The notes: generated from the letters alone by a model not told the origin. A DNA stretch of 63,640 bases from an uncultured Alphaproteobacteria bacterium (GCA_944391435.1 CALXTP010000010.1:1-63640), one strand, 5' to 3'. Shown: positions 35,769 to 44,985, counted from the stretch's first letter. Program-made: numbers and translations.

Positions 35769-36665
35769 ATGAAAAAACGCACTATAGCCGCCATCATCGT
35801 ATTGCTGGCGTTGATAGGCGGAATACTGTTGCTTGCACGCGCCAGCCGGCAACGGGAACCGCTCGTATCCGTCGTTATGTTAACGTACCGGCGGGCAAAT
35901 CTTTTGCCTAAAGCGATAGAAGGGGTATTGGCGCAGGATTTTGACGATTTTGAATTTATCATCATTAACGATGGTTCTGCGGACGGAACGGATGATATTG
36001 TCAAAAAATATAGTGCGGGTGATTCGCGGATACGTTATTATAAAAACAGGCAAAACAGGGGAATATCCTACTCCCGCAACCGTGCGGCATCTTATGCGCG
36101 CGGAAAATATATTATGATAATGGACGACGATGATGAGATTTTGCCGCAGCGCATGTCAAAGCAGGTTGAATTTTTGGAAAAAAATCCCGATATTGCGGCG
36201 GTGGCCGGCCAATTGAAAGGCTTTCGGCGTATTCCGTTGCATCACGATGAAATAGCCGCCGGGCTAATCCAATATAACAACTTCGGCAATGCCAACGTAA
36301 TGTATCGCCGCGATTTTGCACAAAAGAACCACATCCGTTATGATGAAAATCTGCTGGTTTCCGAAGATTGGGATTTTTGGCTGCAAATGTTGTTTGCCGG
36401 CGGCAGGCTGGCGGCTTTGCCCGATGACGTGCTGCTAAGGAATGTGGAAAGCAGAAGATACCACAAAATCGGCTATGAAGAAGCAAACGTGATAGTGCGG
36501 CGTAAAGTCGGAGAATATTTTTCCCCGCAAAATGCCGAAGCATTTTATGCAGCAGACGGGTGCGGCAAATTAAAAATGATTGCCGGGAAAAACATTTTTT
36601 CGCCTGCATTTGTTCAACAGGCGCTTGAGGTTAATTGCCGTGGGCCTCTGCCAGAAGCCCGTTGA
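35769..36665 (+). CDS. Family-2 glycosyltransferase
   Basis: N-terminal TM, then 'VSVVMLTYRRANLLPKAIEGVLAQDFDDFEFIIINDGSADGT' and 'MDDDDE'. Confidence 0.85.
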   Translation: MKKRTIAAIIVLLALIGGILLLARASRQREPLVSVVMLTYRRANLLPKAIEGVLAQDFDDFEFIIINDGSADGTDDIVKKYSAGDSRIRYYKNRQNRGISYSRNRAASYARGKYIMIMDDDDEILPQRMSKQVEFLEKNPDIAAVAGQLKGFRRIPLHHDEIAAGLIQYNNFGNANVMYRRDFAQKNHIRYDENLLVSEDWDFWLQMLFAGGRLAALPDDVLLRNVESRRYHKIGYEEANVIVRRKVGEYFSPQNAEAFYAADGCGKLKMIAGKNIFSPAFVQQALEVNCRGPLPEAR

Positions 36666-37350
36666 CAAACGAAGGCAGCGTGTCGCCGGCTTTCCCCATG
36701 ACGTGCTTGTCAAAATAAAAGTTATTGGATGTCGGCTCCAAGTTAAATTCTATCGTATCCGCACCGTAGTATTTTGCCGTCTGGACAAAGCCGGCTGCCG
36801 GATAGACGACACCTGAAGTACCGACGGAAACAAAAAGGTCTGACGAACGCAGCAGTTTTTCCACCTTGTCCATATACAGCAGGTTTTCGCCGAAAAAAAC
36901 GATATTCGGCTTCATCATGCCTGCCACTTGGCAGTTGTCGCAAACCGTTTCGGAAGTAACATCTCCCCAGGTTTCCATGATATGGCCGCAGTTCATGCAT
37001 ACGGCCTGATTGATTTGCCCGTGGATATGGATAACGTTTTGACTCTTGGCTTTTTCGTGCAGCGTATCAATATTTTGCGTTACAATATAAACCTCACCGG
37101 GATATTCCTGTTGCAGGCGTGTGATGGCCAGATGTCCGGCATTTGGTTTGGCGTTCCATAACTCAGGCTTCATATTATTATAAAAGTCATGGACATAGTC
37201 CGGGTTGCGGTAATAGGCTTCAATCGTAGCAACATCCTCCACCCGGTGGTGATTCCACAATCCGTTTTCGCTGCGAAACGTGGCCAATCCGGATTCGGCG
37301 GAGATTCCCGCCCCGGTCAAAAATAAAATACGCCGGTATTGTTTCTTCAT
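36631..37350 (-). CDS. cobB: NAD-dependent protein deacylase (Sir2/CobB family), second paralog
   Basis: Contains 'LFLTGAGISAESGLATFRSENGLWN', 'TQNIDTLHEKA' and 'HIHG', plus 'CMNC...CDNC'. 239 aa. Collinear with the first paralog. Confidence 0.88.
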   Translation of the reverse strand: MKKQYRRILFLTGAGISAESGLATFRSENGLWNHHRVEDVATIEAYYRNPDYVHDFYNNMKPELWNAKPNAGHLAITRLQQEYPGEVYIVTQNIDTLHEKAKSQNVIHIHGQINQAVCMNCGHIMETWGDVTSETVCDNCQVAGMMKPNIVFFGENLLYMDKVEKLLRSSDLFVSVGTSGVVYPAAGFVQTAKYYGADTIEFNLEPTSNNFYFDKHVMGKAGDTLPSFVNGLLAEAHGN

Positions 37351-37462
37351 GAGCTTCTCTCCTTGATATTTGCTGAAATATATGGCTCCTTAAATATATT
37401 CTTAAACAATTTAGGATAGATAAAACAGAGAAGCAACTTTTTTATGCAAAGGAGAGTAAATA

Positions 37463-38200
37463 ATGTGTTGCAACGGAATTATCGTTCTGCTGGCGCTGTT
37501 TATCGGTTTTATGGCCATCATTTATCTGCTGTACCAGACATACTCGTATATTCGTTGCGGGTGCGGCAAATACGGCCCTTTTGTATCTTCATACGGAAAA
37601 ATTAAAGAAGACATAATAGGCGAGGCTCGCCGCATTTTGCAACAATCGTCGGCACCGCTGAAAGTAACTGATTTGGGATGTGGCAGCGGAGCTTTGCTGT
37701 TGCCGCTGGCCAGAGAATTTCCGCAACACGAATTCATCGGCTATGAATGGGATATAGTACCGTTGACCATGGGCAAAATAAAGGCTGCAGGCCTGGCAAA
37801 CATCAAATTTGTCAAGGGCGATTATATGAAGCAGAATTATTCCGCTATGGATTTGATTTTGTGTTATGTGTTAAAGGTAACCGGAGAGCCGCTGGGTAAA
37901 AAGCTGGCTCAGGAAATCAAACCAAGCTGTACGGTTATTTCAGAGATGTTTCCTTTAGGGCATCTGGAAGAAGTAAAGCAGATTGAATCTTCAATTTACG
38001 GCGTACCGGAAAAAATCTTTATCTATCGGAAACCGCGGCAGGAGAAAAAACAGCCTGCGGCCGCGAAAAAGAAGGCAGAGGCCAAATCAGGAGCCAAAAT
38101 CGCGGATAAGGTGAAGGCCAAATCAAACACCAGGTCCGGAATGGCAAAGGGAAAAGCTTCCGGCGCCAAGGTTAAAAGCTTAAAATCAGGGAGAAATTGA
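37463..38200 (+). CDS. Membrane-anchored class I SAM-dependent methyltransferase with a Lys/Ala-rich C-terminal tail
   Basis: N-terminal TM 'IIVLLALFIGFMAIIYLLY'. SAM motif I 'VTDLGCGSGALLLPLA'. Tail 'KKQPAAAKKKAEAKSGAKIADKVKAKS...KGKASGAKVKSLKSG'. Confidence 0.7.
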   Translation: MCCNGIIVLLALFIGFMAIIYLLYQTYSYIRCGCGKYGPFVSSYGKIKEDIIGEARRILQQSSAPLKVTDLGCGSGALLLPLAREFPQHEFIGYEWDIVPLTMGKIKAAGLANIKFVKGDYMKQNYSAMDLILCYVLKVTGEPLGKKLAQEIKPSCTVISEMFPLGHLEEVKQIESSIYGVPEKIFIYRKPRQEKKQPAAAKKKAEAKSGAKIADKVKAKSNTRSGMAKGKASGAKVKSLKSGRN

Positions 38201-38201
38201 T

Positions 38202-38537
38202 ATGTCAAAAAGATCATGTTTTATAGGTTTCATCGTAACACTTGCTGTGGTATTGGCATCTTTCGTGTTGCATTTTTCGCCGGTTACCGCGCCGGTCGCA
38301 AAAATATTTTATGCCATGCAAAACCCCTATATCGCCTTATCTGCAGTGATTGCGGCACTGCTGTTGTTAAAGCAAAAATATTATTGGCTGATAATGTTGG
38401 GTTGCGGGCTGTTCATCGTAGCATTGATGCAGCTGTTTCTTATTGGCGGCGCATTGATAAGCGCGGCAGCATTATACCGTGTCCTGGCCTTTTTGGTATA
38501 TGCGTATCTGGTCATCTTGGCGCGCCATATGTTATAA
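38202..38537 (+). CDS. Small hypothetical membrane protein (3-4 TM)
   Basis: The ATG lies 1 nt after the preceding stop. The 111-aa product is entirely hydrophobic segments. Confidence 0.5.
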   Translation: MSKRSCFIGFIVTLAVVLASFVLHFSPVTAPVAKIFYAMQNPYIALSAVIAALLLLKQKYYWLIMLGCGLFIVALMQLFLIGGALISAAALYRVLAFLVYAYLVILARHML

Positions 38538-38572
38538 AAAACGCCGGATATTATAAAGAAAAGCCGCCCAAA

Positions 38573-38602
38573 CAAAAAAAAGCCCCCGCATGGGGGCTTT
38601 TT
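38573..38602. terminator. Intrinsic terminator
   Basis: A-run, stem AGCCCCC/GGGGGCT with a 4-nt loop, then a T-run. Confidence 0.75.
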
Positions 38603-38724
38603 GCATATCGCCGCCGGATAAATTTCCGCGGTGCAAAAACATTTTCTGTTTACATTTAAAACAAAATATCCTAAACTCCGTTTTGCTTTAAAAACAACAT
38701 TTAACGTATGGGGAATAAATTAAA

Positions 38725-40113
38725 ATGTTAAAAAGAACTAAGATTGTAGATTTGTTGCGGTCGGAAACGACGCAGCCGCAAGTGTTGGCCAAAGGCTGGG
38801 TCAGAACCAGAAGAGATGCCAAAGATTTTTCGTTTATTGAATTAAATGACGGGTCATGCTTAAAGAATTTACAAATCATTGCTCAGAATAATCTCCCCAA
38901 TTATAATGAGATAAAGAATTTGTCAACCGGCTCGTCCGTTGCCGTTTCCGGAGCTTTGGTTGAATCGCAGGGCAGCAGCCAGAAATACGAAGTCGTCGCC
39001 GACAAGATTGAGATATACAGCCTTGCGCCGGACGATTTTCCGTTGCAAAAGAAAAAGCATTCGGATGAATATCTGCGCACGATTGCCCATCTTCGTCCGC
39101 GTACCAACAAATACGGTGCGGCATTTCGCGTCCGTTCCGCATTGTCGTATGCTATCCATAAATTTTTTCAGGAACGCGGTTTCCAATATGTCCACACGCC
39201 GATTATTACCGGTTCGGACTGCGAGGGGGCCGGCGAGATGTTTCAGGTAACGACGCTGGATATGAAAAACCCGCCGCGTTTGCCGAATGGCGATATTGAT
39301 TACGGGCAGGACTTTTTCGGCAAACCGGCGCATCTGACGGTATCGGGGCAATTAAACGGTGAAATGTATGCCTGCGCACTGGGAGATATTTACACTTTCG
39401 GGCCGACATTTCGTGCCGAAAATTCCAATACGCCGCGCCATGCTGCCGAATTTTGGATGATAGAGCCAGAAATGGCCTTTGCCGATATTCATGATGATAT
39501 GGATTTGGCCGAAGATATGGTGCGCTACTGCGTAACGGACGTTATGGAAAGATGTGCCGACGATATAGAATTGTTTGCCAAATTTGTGGATACGTCGCTG
39601 CTGGATACCTTAAATAACATCAAAAATAACAGCTTTGCCCGCATTACCTACACCGAAGCGATAGAGATTATGCAAAAGTCCGGCAAAGATTTTGAATACA
39701 AGCCGGAATACGGTATAGATTTGCAAACCGAACACGAACGTTTTTTGGCAGAACAGCACTTTAAAAAGCCGGTTATCGTTCGCGATTATCCGAAAGAAAT
39801 TAAGGCCTTTTATATGCGGATGAACGATGACAATAAAACCGTTGCCGCAATGGACGTTTTGGTGCCGCGGATAGGCGAGCTGATAGGCGGTTCGCAGCGT
39901 GAAGAGCGTTATGATCTGTTGCGGAAGCGCATTGAAGAGCTGGGAATGCATGAAGAAGATTATTCATGGTATTTGGATTCCCGCAAATACGGTTCGGTTC
40001 CACATGCCGGATTCGGATTGGGGTTTGAACGGATGATGATGTTGCTGACGGGCATTGCCAACATTCGCGACGTCATACCGTTTCCGCGCACGCCGAAGTC
40101 ATTAAACTTTTAA
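38725..40113 (+). CDS. asnS: Asparagine--tRNA ligase
   Basis: Contains '[22 protein letters not shown]' and '[21 protein letters not shown]', plus class II motif 3 'GFGLGFERM'. 462 aa. Confidence 0.92.
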   Translation: MLKRTKIVDLLRSETTQPQVLAKGWVRTRRDAKDFSFIELNDGSCLKNLQIIAQNNLPNYNEIKNLSTGSSVAVSGALVESQGSSQKYEVVADKIEIYSLAPDDFPLQKKKHSDEYLRTIAHLRPRTNKYGAAFRVRSALSYAIHKFFQERGFQYVHTPIITGSDCEGAGEMFQVTTLDMKNPPRLPNGDIDYGQDFFGKPAHLTVSGQLNGEMYACALGDIYTFGPTFRAENSNTPRHAAEFWMIEPEMAFADIHDDMDLAEDMVRYCVTDVMERCADDIELFAKFVDTSLLDTLNNIKNNSFARITYTEAIEIMQKSGKDFEYKPEYGIDLQTEHERFLAEQHFKKPVIVRDYPKEIKAFYMRMNDDNKTVAAMDVLVPRIGELIGGSQREERYDLLRKRIEELGMHEEDYSWYLDSRKYGSVPHAGFGLGFERMMMLLTGIANIRDVIPFPRTPKSLNF

Positions 40114-40134
40114 TACGGATAAAGAGGAGGTTGT

Positions 40135-40668
40135 ATGCACAAATTTTTGATGGCAGCAGCATTTGCTTTTGCGGCAATTCCGGCCGGTGCTGAAGATATC
40201 GCCGCATTGCCGGGGCAAAGTAATGCCCCCGCGAAAGCAGCGGAAGTCATAACGCACAAAGTGGAAGTTCCGGAAATTCCGCTGCCGGCATGCAATGATA
40301 AAGGCTTGCTGTCGGCCGTCAAAAAATTTGTGGCAGATTATTATTCGGACAACCTGGATCAAAATGTCCGTTTTCGCCGGCATCGCTATTTTACGATGCG
40401 CAATCTGGATAGATTTTCGGAAGAAAACGTTGGTAATTACAAAACGGAGAAAACCCGTCCGGTTTCTGATGTTGTTGCCGACATAAAAATCAATCAGGGT
40501 GTGGCGGAATCAAACATCCGCATATGTAAAAACCAAAACCCGTATACGGCTCCGAAAAATATTTATCTGATAATTTATCCCAAAGATGGAGCCTATCGGT
40601 GCCTATTGATTAACCTGAGTGATGAACAGGGTGATTTTCCGTCTTTTACGTACAAAAAAGAGCAATAA
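40135..40668 (+). CDS. Hypothetical secreted protein
   Basis: Strong RBS (AGAGGAGG). Signal peptide 'MHKFLMAAAFAFAAIPAGA/ED'. No family recognised. Confidence 0.55.
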   Translation: MHKFLMAAAFAFAAIPAGAEDIAALPGQSNAPAKAAEVITHKVEVPEIPLPACNDKGLLSAVKKFVADYYSDNLDQNVRFRRHRYFTMRNLDRFSEENVGNYKTEKTRPVSDVVADIKINQGVAESNIRICKNQNPYTAPKNIYLIIYPKDGAYRCLLINLSDEQGDFPSFTYKKEQ

Positions 40669-40767
40669 AAGACTTGATTTTGTCAAAAAAACAATATAAA
40701 TATAACCGCTGGAGCAAAAGAATAAATATCCGGACAGGGATATGCCTTGAATGCCTGAAGGGGGAAC

Positions 40768-41664
40768 ATGAGCGAACATAAAGAGTTAGTCGTTATCAAT
40801 CAAAAGCCGCAGCTGCCCATGGTCGTGGAAGAGAGCGGTCTGCATGGCTATTTGGAGCAAATAAAAAAGTTTCCGGTCTTAACCGAAGAAGAAGAAAAAA
40901 AGCTGATTGACGACTTTCAAAACAAAGGGGATTTGTTGGCAGCGCAAAAGCTGATAACGTCCCATCTTCGCCTGGCGGCAAAAATAGCTTTAACCTACCG
41001 CCGGTACGGACTGCCGATGTCGGATGTTATATCCGAGGCAAATATCGGTCTGATGCAGGCCGTGAAAAAGTTTGACCGTGAAAAGAAAGTCCGCCTGGCC
41101 ACTTATGCGATATGGTGGATAAAAGCGGCGATAAACGATTATATTTTGCGTTCCTGGTCTTTGGTAAAAATAGGCACGGTAGCCGCGCAAAAAAAATTGT
41201 TTTACAACCTGAGCCGGATAAAGGCGCGCTTGGGGATTTATGAAAACAAAGAGTTGGAGCCGAAGGTCGTCAAAGCCATTGCCAACGAGCTGCTGGTTGA
41301 TGAAAAGGACGTTAAAGAAATGAACCGGCGCATCGGCGGCGACAGTTCGTTAAATGTCAGTATCGGCGATGATGAAGACGGCCGCGAAAAAATTGATATG
41401 GTTATAGACGGGCGTGAAAACATAGAAGGAAAACTGGCCGCCCGCCAGGAACAGGCATATAAATCAAAAATACTGGCGCAATGCCTGAAAAAGCTGGACG
41501 AACGCGAGCAGTACATCATCAAAAATCGTATGCTGACTGAAAAGCCGAGCACGCTGGATGACATCGGCGCCCGTTTTAACATCAGCCGCGAGCGTGTCCG
41601 CCAGATAGAAAAGAAAGCCTTTAACAAGCTTTCCGATGAAGTCAAAAAATCTATGGCGGCATAG
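40768..41664 (+). CDS. rpoH: RNA polymerase sigma-32 (heat-shock sigma factor)
   Basis: Contains 'SHLRLAAKIALTYRRYGLPMSDVISEANIGLMQAVKKFD', the RpoH-box-like 'AAQKKLFYNLSRIK', and region 4 'ISRERVRQIEKKA'. Confidence 0.9.
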   Translation: MSEHKELVVINQKPQLPMVVEESGLHGYLEQIKKFPVLTEEEEKKLIDDFQNKGDLLAAQKLITSHLRLAAKIALTYRRYGLPMSDVISEANIGLMQAVKKFDREKKVRLATYAIWWIKAAINDYILRSWSLVKIGTVAAQKKLFYNLSRIKARLGIYENKELEPKVVKAIANELLVDEKDVKEMNRRIGGDSSLNVSIGDDEDGREKIDMVIDGRENIEGKLAARQEQAYKSKILAQCLKKLDEREQYIIKNRMLTEKPSTLDDIGARFNISRERVRQIEKKAFNKLSDEVKKSMAA

Positions 41665-42513
41665 ATGGGAAAAAAACTCCAAAGTCAATTTCCGGAAAGC
41701 GGAGTGGATATCAGGGATGATATGATATGCCGGTTGTCAGCCGCCAAGATTGCTTCGCCGCGTTTGGAAGCCGGCATTATTTTGCAAAAAGCCGCGCCTT
41801 CATACCCAAACCTGACGGCTGAGGAAAAAGCCGCGGCATATGCCATGTTATCGCGGCGCCTGCGCCATGAGCCACTGGATAAGATTATCGGCTGTCGTGA
41901 ATTTTACAAATCGGTGTTTAAGGTAAATGGAGATGTCCTGTCTCCCCGTCCGGATACGGAAATACTGGTAGAAAAAGCCTTGGCCCTGCTGCCAGAGGAT
42001 AGCGAAATCCGCATTTTGGATTTGGGAACGGGCAGCGGCTGCATATTATTGTCGTTATTGGCCGAAAGAAAGCAGGCTGTCGGCGTCGGTTTGGATATAT
42101 CGCCGGCAGCATTGGCGGTTGCCGCAGAAAATGCAGAGGCCTTAGGGCTCGGCGGGCGTTGCCGGTTGTTGGCCGGAAGCTGGAACGATACGTTATTTTC
42201 GCCCGGCAGTTTTGATATAATTGTTTCCAATCCGCCGTACATAGCACATGATGAAATAGAAAAGCTGGATACGGAAGTAAAAGATTTTGACCCACCGGTG
42301 GCGTTAGACGGTGGTGCCGACGGCTATGGCTGTTATCGCGAGATAGCCGCTCTGGCTCCCGTGGTTTTGAAAAAAGGCGGTTTTATCCTGTTGGAAAGCG
42401 GTGCCGGCCAGGCGGAACGCATCGCTGAAATTTTCATTCGGGGCGGATTGGAGCTGGTTGAAACGGCCAAAGATTTGGCCGGTATTAACAGATGTGTGAT
42501 ATTAAAAAAATAG
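41665..42513 (+). CDS. prmC: Release-factor glutamine N5-methyltransferase
   Basis: Contains 'ILDLGTGSGCILLSL' and the catalytic 'VSNPPYI'. The ATG directly follows the rpoH stop codon. Confidence 0.88.
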   Translation: MGKKLQSQFPESGVDIRDDMICRLSAAKIASPRLEAGIILQKAAPSYPNLTAEEKAAAYAMLSRRLRHEPLDKIIGCREFYKSVFKVNGDVLSPRPDTEILVEKALALLPEDSEIRILDLGTGSGCILLSLLAERKQAVGVGLDISPAALAVAAENAEALGLGGRCRLLAGSWNDTLFSPGSFDIIVSNPPYIAHDEIEKLDTEVKDFDPPVALDGGADGYGCYREIAALAPVVLKKGGFILLESGAGQAERIAEIFIRGGLELVETAKDLAGINRCVILKK

Positions 42514-42514
42514 G

Positions 42515-42542
42515 TTGCAAAATAAATTTTAGCAGGTAATAT
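42515..42542 (+). promoter_or_regulatory. Sigma70-like promoter candidate for the DUF4167 gene
   Basis: TTGCAA, a 16-nt spacer, then TAATAT. This predicts a ~100-nt leader. Confidence 0.45.
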
Positions 42543-42650
42543 ATACTACCGTATCGGGTACGCGGTTTTGTTTGATGGGCGTACCGTTCTTTCCTTTTTT
42601 TAATTTAATGGTAGGCGGGCTTTCGGGCTTCGTCGTGATTGTAGGATTAT

Positions 42651-43178
42651 ATGAAAAAACAAAACAACAGATTTCGTGGTAATGGTAACAACGGTTACAC
42701 ATTAAACTATAAATTTGACAGTGTGAGCATTGCCGGAAAAATCAGCGGTACGGCTCTGGACTTGATACGCCGTTACAATGATTTGGCAAAAGAGGCGCAA
42801 GGTAGCGGCAATTATGTAGATATGGAAATATATCGCCAGTACGCGGAACACTATCGCAAAATCGTAACGGATATTAACGAACGCCGCCAGGCGCGCCAGG
42901 AGCAGGTGCTCCATACGGAAGAAAATGCATCCGGAAGGGAAGATGTTGCAGAAACGCCTGAAGCGGAAGAAAATAACGTTTCGGCACCGATAGAGCCGGT
43001 TGCCGAAGCCAATGGCTATGTGGAAACTCTGCCGGCTTCATCGGAGCCTGTTGCGGCCAAAACTTTCCAGGTTGTAGAAATTTCTGAAGAAAAAGCTCCA
43101 GAGGCAGAAGCGCCGAAAGCCAAAAAAATTGTACGCCGTAGAACGGCCGCGCCACGTAAAAAAGCGGCAGAAGCGTAG
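42651..43178 (+). CDS. DUF4167 domain protein
   Basis: 'NNGYTLNYKFDSVSIAGKISGTALDLIRRYNDLAKEAQGSGNYVDMEIYRQYAEHYRKI' matches the DUF4167 pattern, with a low-complexity acidic/Ala tail. It sits downstream of prmC, as in Alphaproteobacteria. Confidence 0.75.
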   Translation: MKKQNNRFRGNGNNGYTLNYKFDSVSIAGKISGTALDLIRRYNDLAKEAQGSGNYVDMEIYRQYAEHYRKIVTDINERRQARQEQVLHTEENASGREDVAETPEAEENNVSAPIEPVAEANGYVETLPASSEPVAAKTFQVVEISEEKAPEAEAPKAKKIVRRRTAAPRKKAAEA

Positions 43179-43219
43179 GCCGGAAAAGTAAGACAGAAAT
43201 GCCGAAAGGGAGGAAAAAG

Positions 43220-44452
43220 ATGCCAGCAGATATTGCATTTTTAATCGTTGCTGTTGCCGTTATTGCAATAACATACAAAACTTATGTCGGATACGGAAAT
43301 TACGGCTGGGGGATAAAGGTTGGTTTTCTGTTATTTTTGCTTGTTGGCTGGAGTGCGCCGTTCATGGGCTTTGCCCTGCGCCGGATGGATTTGGGCGGCT
43401 GGCTTGTGCATTTGACGGATGTCTTATATTTTTTATTCGGCTATGTCTTCTTTTTGTTTATTGTCAGCTTTATTCGCGATACCGTCTGGATGGTGGCAGA
43501 TTTGGTACGCCGCGTCCCGATAAACGAAATGAAGGATGCTATTCTTCTGCAAAAGGTAAACTTATATACGCTGGCATTTGCCCTGCTGCTATGTCTGTAT
43601 GGCGTATTTGAGGCCGCAAAGACACCGGCCGTTAAAACCTATGATATTTCTTCGCCGAAAATTAAAGAAGACACCAGGCTTGTCATGCTTTCGGATTTGC
43701 ATATTGATGTAGACACTTCCCCGAAAACTATAGAAAAAATTGTCAATCGCGTAAAAGAATTGCGGCCGGATGCTGTTGTTATCGTCGGCGATACGGTAGA
43801 TAATACGCCGGCTAAGCTGTATACCCAAATGCAGGAACTGAAAAAGCTGGAAGAGGACAGCATGGTATATATCGTACTGGGAAATCACGAATTTTATGCC
43901 GGCGCCAGAGATTGGGCTATGGCCTTTTCCGCATTAGGATTCCGTTTTTTGAACAATTATGGTGATAAAGTAGGCAATACGGGGATTTATCTTGCCGGCA
44001 TTCCGGATATCAATGCGGCACAGCGGGTCAATATGCCGATAAAGACAAAAAATGCCTTGTATAAAGCAGAAAAGGACGATTTCGTTATTATGCTTTCACA
44101 TACGCCGAAAATTGCGGAAGGTTTAACCTCCGAAAATGTAGATTTACAGTTATCCGGCCATACGCACGGCGGGCAGATATATCCGTTTCATTATTTTGTT
44201 AAGGCAGCAAACGACGGTATTTTGTCCGGATTTTATAATAAAAACGGCATAAAAATGTATGTCTCCCGCGGGACCAGATACTGGGGGCCGCCGATGCGTA
44301 TTTTTGCGCCGGCAGAAATCACGGTGTTTAATTTAAAGGCAACATCTGAAGCAGTAGAAAAAAACACCCAAACAGAAAAAGATAATCCGGACGTTCGGGA
44401 TGTACAAGCCGATAGCGAAAAGCACCAAACCGAAGAAGGAAGCAATAAATAA
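43220..44452 (+). CDS. Membrane-anchored metallophosphoesterase (YkuE/YaeI-like)
   Basis: GGGAGG RBS before ATG 43220. Four N-terminal TM segments. Motifs 'VMLSDLHID', 'VGDTVD', 'GNHEF' and 'SGHTHGGQ'. Confidence 0.85.
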   Translation: MPADIAFLIVAVAVIAITYKTYVGYGNYGWGIKVGFLLFLLVGWSAPFMGFALRRMDLGGWLVHLTDVLYFLFGYVFFLFIVSFIRDTVWMVADLVRRVPINEMKDAILLQKVNLYTLAFALLLCLYGVFEAAKTPAVKTYDISSPKIKEDTRLVMLSDLHIDVDTSPKTIEKIVNRVKELRPDAVVIVGDTVDNTPAKLYTQMQELKKLEEDSMVYIVLGNHEFYAGARDWAMAFSALGFRFLNNYGDKVGNTGIYLAGIPDINAAQRVNMPIKTKNALYKAEKDDFVIMLSHTPKIAEGLTSENVDLQLSGHTHGGQIYPFHYFVKAANDGILSGFYNKNGIKMYVSRGTRYWGPPMRIFAPAEITVFNLKATSEAVEKNTQTEKDNPDVRDVQADSEKHQTEEGSNK

Positions 44453-44889
44453 TGGAAAATTTACTGGAAAAAGCCCGGACAATAGCTCTAAAGGCCGATG
44501 TTGCCACTGTTCCGGGCGGTGCGGTGGTGTATAGTGTCAGCTATATGCCGACTTCGGAAAATAAAGAAAAGGCATATGCATTTGTCCGCAGTCATGCCGG
44601 CGCGCAAATGCTGGATGACACGCCTTGCGGCAGAGAGCTGGCTGCTTTGGGGCTGGATGGCCGGGTGGACGAAGTCAGCGAGGAAATTACCAAAATTTGG
44701 CGCATTGCATCGTTACGTTATATAGCGGCAGCCTCCGGCAACATCAATGCCTTTGTTGACGGCGCCGATGAACGGAGCACCTTCTGCACCACCGAACTGG
44801 CGGAGATATTGCAAAACCAGAAAATTACCAGCATCAACGGACAGAATAAGTTTGCCTTTGCCAGAGATTTTAAACCGCGGCATTATTAA
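44452..44889 (+). CDS. Hypothetical protein (145 aa)
   Basis: TAATG stop/start overlap with the phosphoesterase gene. No family recognised. Confidence 0.5.
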   Translation: MENLLEKARTIALKADVATVPGGAVVYSVSYMPTSENKEKAYAFVRSHAGAQMLDDTPCGRELAALGLDGRVDEVSEEITKIWRIASLRYIAAASGNINAFVDGADERSTFCTTELAEILQNQKITSINGQNKFAFARDFKPRHY

Positions 44890-44985
44890 AAGAATTTGCG
44901 AAGCACTTAAAACAAACCCCCGCTGGCGAAGATATCATAAACGGGGGGTATGGTTCTATATTATTTTCCGCTTAGGCAAAACGGC

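Noticed and set aside
33332-37350. Idea that the Sir2-domain genes belong to an anti-phage system (Thoeris, DSR, SIR2-HerA or pAgo-associated)
   Set aside because: Both are short (~240 aa) classical CobB-type sirtuins with Zn-ribbon Cys pairs. Neither has a fused SLOG/TIR/helicase domain or a partner gene. The neighbours are tyrC, a lipoprotein gene and a GT2 gene.
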